Source: a virus (taxonomy: Duplodnaviria > Heunggongvirae > Uroviricota > Caudoviricetes). From it: a DNA stretch of 12,542 nt. Position numbers and translations under genes: made by a program. Positions 8,674-12,542 of this stretch are shown here, piece after piece (the stretch's first letter is position 1; each line of letters begins with the position of its first letter). Location of the stretch: the IMG/VR virus record IMGVR_UViG_2671181050_000002, one strand, 5' to 3'. The notes under the pieces are model-generated. The model ran no database searches and was not told the DNA's origin. It worked only from the letters and a program-made list of their open reading frames with translations.

Positions 8674-8735
8674 ACTAAAAGATATGTTGTGGGAGGCTTT
8701 GCCTCCCCAACATATAAGTGGCTCCCTCAAGCCAC
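8674..8735. terminator. Hairpin cluster immediately downstream of nmpC: 15-bp stem at 8682-8715 and 6-bp stem at 8718-8735
   Basis: ATATGTTGTGGGAGGC-ttt-GCCTCCCCAACATAT (one bulged T); on the minus strand it is followed by CTTTTAG, on the plus strand the second hairpin is followed by TTCCTTT. Possibly bidirectional. Confidence 0.4.
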
Positions 8736-8784
8736 TTCCTTTAGAAGCACAACCTTGCTTCTAACTATATAAACCTTCTGTTAT

Positions 8785-8815
8785 ATATTACCCTTTATTT
8801 TTGGGGGCGTTTCAA
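8785..8815 (-). promoter_or_regulatory. Candidate late promoter (pR'-like) just downstream of Q: TTGAAA-19 nt-TAATAT
   Basis: Minus strand -35-like TTGAAA (plus 8810-8815) and -10-like TAATAT (plus 8785-8790), about 40 bp after the quuD stop; the hairpins at 8682-8735 would give a short terminated leader. Sequence-pattern inference only; the 19-nt spacer is suboptimal. Confidence 0.3.
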
Positions 8816-8830
8816 CGCCCCATTTTTAAT
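8804..8830 (+). terminator. Intrinsic terminator, plus strand (likely nmpC terminator)
   Basis: GGGGCG-tttcaa-CGCCCC followed by ATTTTTAAT. Confidence 0.5.
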
Positions 8831-8854
8831 AACTTTTAGTAAATAATTGGCGTA

Positions 8855-9238
8855 TTAATTAGAGTTATTAACAACGATATCCATCTCTAACCGGATATCT
8901 AATGCCATTAACATCCCTTCAATTATGCCCTCAGCCTTTTGTAACCTTTTCCCGATATAACCATCAGAGCAGCAATGCTTACCTGCCAGTGACATGAATG
9001 TCATACCGACTATATAATAATCTACTAATAAATCGTGCAAATCGCTGTTGTTCTTTTTCAGACGGGCCATGCACCCGCAAATGATCATCGCGTCATCGTC
9101 ACAACATTGCGGGCGAGATTTTACTTTTGAAGGAATTAATCCCTTAAAACCGGCGGCAATGGACGACCAGGTCACATCTTCATGATTATTAGCCGCCCAC
9201 GCTCCCCAACGCTCAAGAACCATCTGAATATCACGCAT
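8855..9238 (-). CDS. quuD: Late-gene antiterminator Q (phage 82 type)
   Basis: 127 aa from [60 protein letters not shown]...; GGAG 8 nt upstream of this ATG; matches DLP12 QuuD as recalled. The longer ORF-track start (9253) lacks an RBS. Confidence 0.8.
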   Translation of the reverse strand: MRDIQMVLERWGAWAANNHEDVTWSSIAAGFKGLIPSKVKSRPQCCDDDAMIICGCMARLKKNNSDLHDLLVDYYIVGMTFMSLAGKHCCSDGYIGKRLQKAEGIIEGMLMALDIRLEMDIVVNNSN

Positions 9239-9323
9239 CAACTTACTCCACAAAAATCAGACCAAAACGCCAATTACAAGCAAAAATCAACAAAACAGTA
9301 TTAGTTGATTGTTATCTCTGACT

Positions 9324-9464
9324 TCATACTCCTGCTCCTGTCAGTGTTTTGGCGTAATTCTTCAGTATTCGGTAATCGGTCAAAACAGAACCGGGGAAAC
9401 GATATAAGCGCAGACGCCCCCAGCGGTGGCGAAGAAGTTCTGCCATATTAAACTCAAACATCAT
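9324..9464 (-). CDS. ylcG: Small protein YlcG-like (46 aa)
   Basis: Translated by hand: [46 protein letters not shown]; ATG overlaps the rusA stop (ATGA). Below the ORF-track size cutoff. Confidence 0.55.
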   Translation of the reverse strand: MMFEFNMAELLRHRWGRLRLYRFPGSVLTDYRILKNYAKTLTGAGV

Positions 9465-9823
9465 TCATTCCCCATTTCGGTGATGGTCAGTTCCAGCCTC
9501 CCACCTTTGGTAACAGGCATCTTCACAACGCGGTAATCAACGACCTGAGCATCATCCAGCCAGAAACCTGCTTTAGTGAGTGCGTCAAAAGCGGCTTTTT
9601 GCAGATTATCCAGGTCACGGCGACGGCGATCCGGCATGTGGCACTCAATGCGGATTTTCACAGGCATAGCCAGGCCGATATCCAGCATTGCGTTTTTAAT
9701 GATTCGGGCGACGTTATCACGGTATGCCTGCCCTTCTGCGCTGATGTGCGTGCGCCCGCGATTATGCCGGTAGTAGCGGTTATTGCTCGGAGGCCAGGGT
9801 AATGTGATGCTGTAGGTATTCAC
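9461..9823 (-). CDS. rusA: Holliday-junction resolvase RusA
   Basis: 120 aa [120 protein letters not shown]; GTG start overlaps the upstream stop (GTGA). Confidence 0.85.
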   Translation of the reverse strand: MNTYSITLPWPPSNNRYYRHNRGRTHISAEGQAYRDNVARIIKNAMLDIGLAMPVKIRIECHMPDRRRRDLDNLQKAAFDALTKAGFWLDDAQVVDYRVVKMPVTKGGRLELTITEMGNE

Positions 9824-9948
9824 GCCTTAATAACCCCCTCTTTCAGCCAGATAACCTGTGTTCTCGCCATACCTTCCAGCGCGCATTCTTTTGCATATGC
9901 AGCATCGACTTGCTTGGCATGCCCTTTACCGGCAATCTTCTGTATGCG
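9820..9948 (-). pseudogene. ybcO: ybcO-like 3' remnant (C-terminal ~41 codons, no start codon)
   Basis: The frame coupled to the rusA start reads ...[33 protein letters not shown], resembling the C-terminus of DLP12 YbcO as recalled; upstream in this frame are stops at 9949-9951 and 9955-9957 and no ATG. The 9949-10029 segment has no convincing coding frame. Confidence 0.4.
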
Positions 9949-10029
9949 CTAAACCTAGATAGAATCCACTCTGTGCACATTGAAGCCCGCTCTATGCTTC
10001 CTTTCAGGTATTGAAGGGATTGAGATGGG

Positions 10030-10377
10030 CTAAGCATTATTGGCCTCCTGCATCAGGAGAAAGACAATCATGGCGGCGCGGAGAGGTCTGGTATCAAATA
10101 TTGGGCTTACGCCTTTTGCATCCACACACCATTCAGTTAACTGGTCTAAGATAGAAATCCTGTATTTCTCAATAATCGGCCATGAAGCGCTCGGATCATT
10201 GCAGTAGTCAGGCAAATGATTTAATGGCTCAAAAGTTGTATCAGCATTTCCGTAATACCATTTGTTGGTGTTATTCCCTGATGTTTCCGGTTTACTTGCC
10301 CAAAGGCCTTTAAAAATTATGTCTCCTACCATTCTGTTAATTTCAAAATCACTTAACTGTGAATAATCCATTGTCAT
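10030..10377 (-). CDS. Hypothetical nin-region protein (115 aa from [20 protein letters not shown]...)
   Basis: ORF-track entry 10030..10413; the ATG at 10377 overlaps the ninE stop (ATGA), so it is the likely start. I could not place it in a family with confidence (possibly DUF2591/NinX-like, from memory). Confidence 0.5.
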   Translation of the reverse strand: MTMDYSQLSDFEINRMVGDIIFKGLWASKPETSGNNTNKWYYGNADTTFEPLNHLPDYCNDPSASWPIIEKYRISILDQLTEWCVDAKGVSPIFDTRPLRAAMIVFLLMQEANNA

Positions 10378-10550
10378 TTCCTCGCACGATATCTTAGCCA
10401 CCGGATATCCCACAGGTGAGCTGTGTAATTGAAGGTTTTTACGTCAGATTCTTTTGGGATTGGCTTGCGTTTATTTCTGGAGCGTTTCGTTGGAAGGTAT
10501 TTGCAGTTTTCGCAGATGATGTCGGTGAAACTTCGTCGCTGTCGCCTCAT
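10374..10550 (-). CDS. ninE: NinE protein (58 aa)
   Basis: [58 protein letters not shown], matching lambda/DLP12 NinE as recalled; ATG overlaps the methyltransferase stop (ATGA). Confidence 0.75.
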   Translation of the reverse strand: MRRQRRSFTDIICENCKYLPTKRSRNKRKPIPKESDVKTFNYTAHLWDIRWLRYRARK

Positions 10551-11074
10551 GCCGCCCTCCTGACGCCCTGCCCGATCGCCATCAATGCCGCTTTGGATAC
10601 GGTAGTAAACATCCGTCGAGGACTGATGAACGGTCGCCAAATCAGCAGCATGGAGCCTTTGCTGTTTCCCTTCTTCTCCAGCCCTGTCGATGGTTCGATA
10701 AAATTAATCCGTCCATCAGTGATAATGCGAACTTCGTCGACACTCTCCAGAGCCTTGCTGAACCATCCGACTGACATATCCTCTGGCACAAGCATAACTA
10801 CCGTCTGTCGCTGTTGTATGCACTGCTCAGCGGCTTTTTCCACCCACGGCCTGATATTGCTGTACGGTGGGTTATTCCAGATTGCACCGTGGCTTACCCA
10901 CTCAGAATTGAGCGCGTCGTCGGCCTCAGTTAGCCAGTGAGCACACAGAGCATTTTTGTCGCTCGCTGCCGAATCCAGCCAGAATCCAAACTCAATATCC
11001 AGTGCATCAAAAAGCCAAAGCGGCGTTTGCCAGCAGTCCTTGTCGTGTGCTGGCGTATTTGATTTGATAGTCAT
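10547..11074 (-). CDS. Phage-type orphan DNA N6-adenine methyltransferase (Dam family), 175 aa
   Basis: From [31 protein letters not shown]...; catalytic NPPY motif ([14 protein letters not shown]); ATG overlaps the ninB stop (ATGA). No adjacent restriction endonuclease gene. Confidence 0.75.
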   Translation of the reverse strand: MTIKSNTPAHDKDCWQTPLWLFDALDIEFGFWLDSAASDKNALCAHWLTEADDALNSEWVSHGAIWNNPPYSNIRPWVEKAAEQCIQQRQTVVMLVPEDMSVGWFSKALESVDEVRIITDGRINFIEPSTGLEKKGNSKGSMLLIWRPFISPRRMFTTVSKAALMAIGQGVRRAA

Positions 11075-11511
11075 GCAGCCCGATCTCCCCATCTCGCTTT
11101 CCACTCCAGAGCCAGTCTCGCTTCGTCTGACCACTTAACGCCACGCTCTGTACCGAATGCCTGTATAAGCTCTAATAGCTCCGCAAATTCGCCTACACGC
11201 ATCCTGCTGGTTGACTGGCCTATTACCACAAAGCCATTCCCGGCAAGGTTAGGAACAACATCCTGCTGCTTTAATGCTGCGGTAAACACACACTTCCAGC
11301 TTTCTGCATCCAGCCAGCGACCATGCCATTCAACCTGACGAGAGACGTCACCTAAGCAGGCCCATAGCTTCCTGTTTTGGTCTAAGCTGCGGTTGCGTTC
11401 CTGAATGGTTACTACGATTGGTTTGGTTGGGTCTGGAAGGATTTGCTGTACTGCGTGAATAGCGTTTTGCTGATGTGCTGGAGATCGAATTTCAAAGGTT
11501 AGTTTTTTCAT
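11071..11511 (-). CDS. ninB: Recombination protein NinB (Orf family)
   Basis: 146 aa from MKKLTFEIRSPAHQQNAIHAVQQILPDPTKPIVVTIQERNRSLDQNRKLWACLGDVSRQVEWHGRWLDAESWKCVF..., matching lambda NinB as recalled; GGGAGAGGGAAG upstream of the ATG at 11511. Confidence 0.85.
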   Translation of the reverse strand: MKKLTFEIRSPAHQQNAIHAVQQILPDPTKPIVVTIQERNRSLDQNRKLWACLGDVSRQVEWHGRWLDAESWKCVFTAALKQQDVVPNLAGNGFVVIGQSTSRMRVGEFAELLELIQAFGTERGVKWSDEARLALEWKARWGDRAA

Positions 11512-11526
11512 GACTTCCCTCTCCCC

Positions 11527-11559
11527 CAAATAAAAAGGCCTGCGATTACCAGCAGGCCT
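11527..11559 (-). terminator. tR2-like intrinsic terminator upstream of ninB
   Basis: Hairpin AGGCCTGC-N8-GCAGGCCT (11536-11559) followed on the minus strand by TTTTATTTGG; it occupies the position of lambda tR2 (between ren and ninB). Confidence 0.45.
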
Positions 11560-11579
11560 GTTATTAGCTCAGTAATGTA

Positions 11580-11648
11580 GCAGAACACATCCGGTACATG
11601 GTTGAAACCATTGCTCACCACCAGGTTGATATTGATTCAGAGGTATAA
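11580..11648 (+). pseudogene. gam: gam 3' stub (last 22 codons and stop of the Gam inhibitor of RecBCD)
   Basis: In-frame [25 protein letters not shown] ends 5 nt before the bet ATG, matching the Gam C-terminus as recalled; upstream the frame is closed by TAG at 11565-11567 and no gam N-terminus is present. Confidence 0.6.
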
Positions 11649-11653
11649 AACGG

Positions 11654-12439
11654 ATGAGTACAGCACTCGCAACGCTGGCAGGGAAGCTGGCTGAACGTGT
11701 CGGCATGGATTCTGTCGACCCACAGGAACTGATCACCACTCTTCGCCAGACGGCATTTAAAGGCGATGCCAGCGATGCGCAGTTCATCGCATTGTTGATC
11801 GTCGCCAACCAGTACGGCCTTAATCCGTGGACGAAAGAAATTTACGCCTTCCCTGACAAGCAGAACGGCATCGTTCCGGTGGTGGGCGTTGATGGCTGGT
11901 CCCGTATCATCAATGAAAACCAGCAGTTTGATGGCATGGACTTTGAGCAGGACAATGAATCCTGCACATGCCGGATTTACCGCAAGGACCGTAATCATCC
12001 GATCTGCGTTACCGAGTGGATGGATGAATGCCGCCGCGAACCATTCAAAACCCGCGAAGGCAGAGAAATCACGGGGCCGTGGCAGTCGCATCCCAAACGG
12101 ATGTTACGTCATAAAGCCATGATTCAGTGTGCCCGTCTGGCCTTCGGATTTGCTGGTATCTATGACAAGGATGAAGCCGAGCGCATTGTCGAAAATACTG
12201 CATACACTGCAGAACGTCAGCCAGAACGCGACATCACTCCGGTTAACGATGAAACCATGCAGGAGATTAACACTCTGCTGATCGCCCTGGATAAAACATG
12301 GGATGACGACTTATTGCCGCTCTGTTCCCAGATATTTCGCCGCGACATTCGCGCATCGTCAGAACTGACACAGGCCGAAGCAGTGAAAGCTCTTGGATTC
12401 CTGAAACAGAAAGCCACTGAGCAGAAGGTGGCAGCATGA
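11654..12439 (+). CDS. bet: Single-strand annealing protein Bet (Red beta)
   Basis: 261 aa [84 protein letters not shown]..., essentially the lambda Bet sequence as recalled. Confidence 0.9.
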
Positions 12440-12542
12440 CACCGGACATTATCCTGCAGCGTACCGGGATCGACGTGAGAGCTGTCGAACAGGGGGATGA
12501 TGCGTGGCACAAATTACGGCTCGGCGTCATCACCGCTTCAGA
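12436..12542 (+). CDS. exo: Lambda exonuclease Exo (Red alpha), 5' end only (continues beyond window end)
   Basis: ATG at 12436 overlaps the bet stop (ATGA); translation [36 protein letters not shown] matches the lambda Exo N-terminus as recalled. Confidence 0.85.

Noticed and set aside
9576-9802. Plus-strand ORFs 9576-9773 and 9599-9802
   Set aside because: Antisense to rusA; Arg/Cys-rich shadow ORFs.
10416-10940. Plus-strand 174-aa ORF and ORF 10956-11138
   Set aside because: Antisense to the coupled ninE / methyltransferase / ninB genes, whose identities are well supported; no RBS.
11569-12533. Minus-strand ORFs 11569-11808, 11615-12091, 12217-12510, 12267-12533 and plus-strand ORF 11889-12122
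   Set aside because: Antisense or alternate frames within bet and exo, which match lambda Red proteins; judged spurious.
1-12542. CRISPR arrays, integrase/att sites, toxin-antitoxin pairs or known defence-system genes
   Set aside because: No regularly spaced direct repeats, no integrase or recombinase ORF, and no gene pair with recognisable defence-system domains were found; the deletion junctions show microhomology rather than IS sequences.

Overview
This window reads as a heavily deleted lambda-type (lambdoid) prophage remnant, laid out in reverse orientation relative to the conventional lambda map. All identifications rest on my own reading and translation of the sequence and on recalled lambda / DLP12-type protein sequences; no database search was run, so every homology call needs BLAST/HMM confirmation. 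From right to left (phage left-to-right order) the window holds: the 5' end of exo, intact bet, a 22-codon gam stub, a tR2-like hairpin, then a translationally coupled nin-region block (ninB, phage Dam-type N6-adenine methyltransferase, ninE, a 115-aa unknown ORF, a ybcO-like remnant, rusA, ylcG) and the phage-82-type antiterminator quuD. An outer-membrane porin gene (nmpC-like) lies on the opposite strand between Q and an apparently intact phage-21-type lysis cassette (pinholin S, SAR endolysin R, Rz with nested Rz1). Beyond that, a frameshifted KilA-N gene and an 89-aa ORF sit where lambda carries bor, followed by two AT-rich ORFs conserved in the lambda right arm and a complete-looking cos region. 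The packaging and morphogenesis genes are reduced to fragments joined at deletion junctions: a Nu1 stub, an internal piece of terminase A, a J::stf chimera, and the start of tfa. No CRISPR array, tRNA/rRNA gene or IS element was seen. I found no recognisable new defence or effector system; the most interesting features are the deletion architecture, the divergent cos site and a few uncharacterised accessory ORFs.
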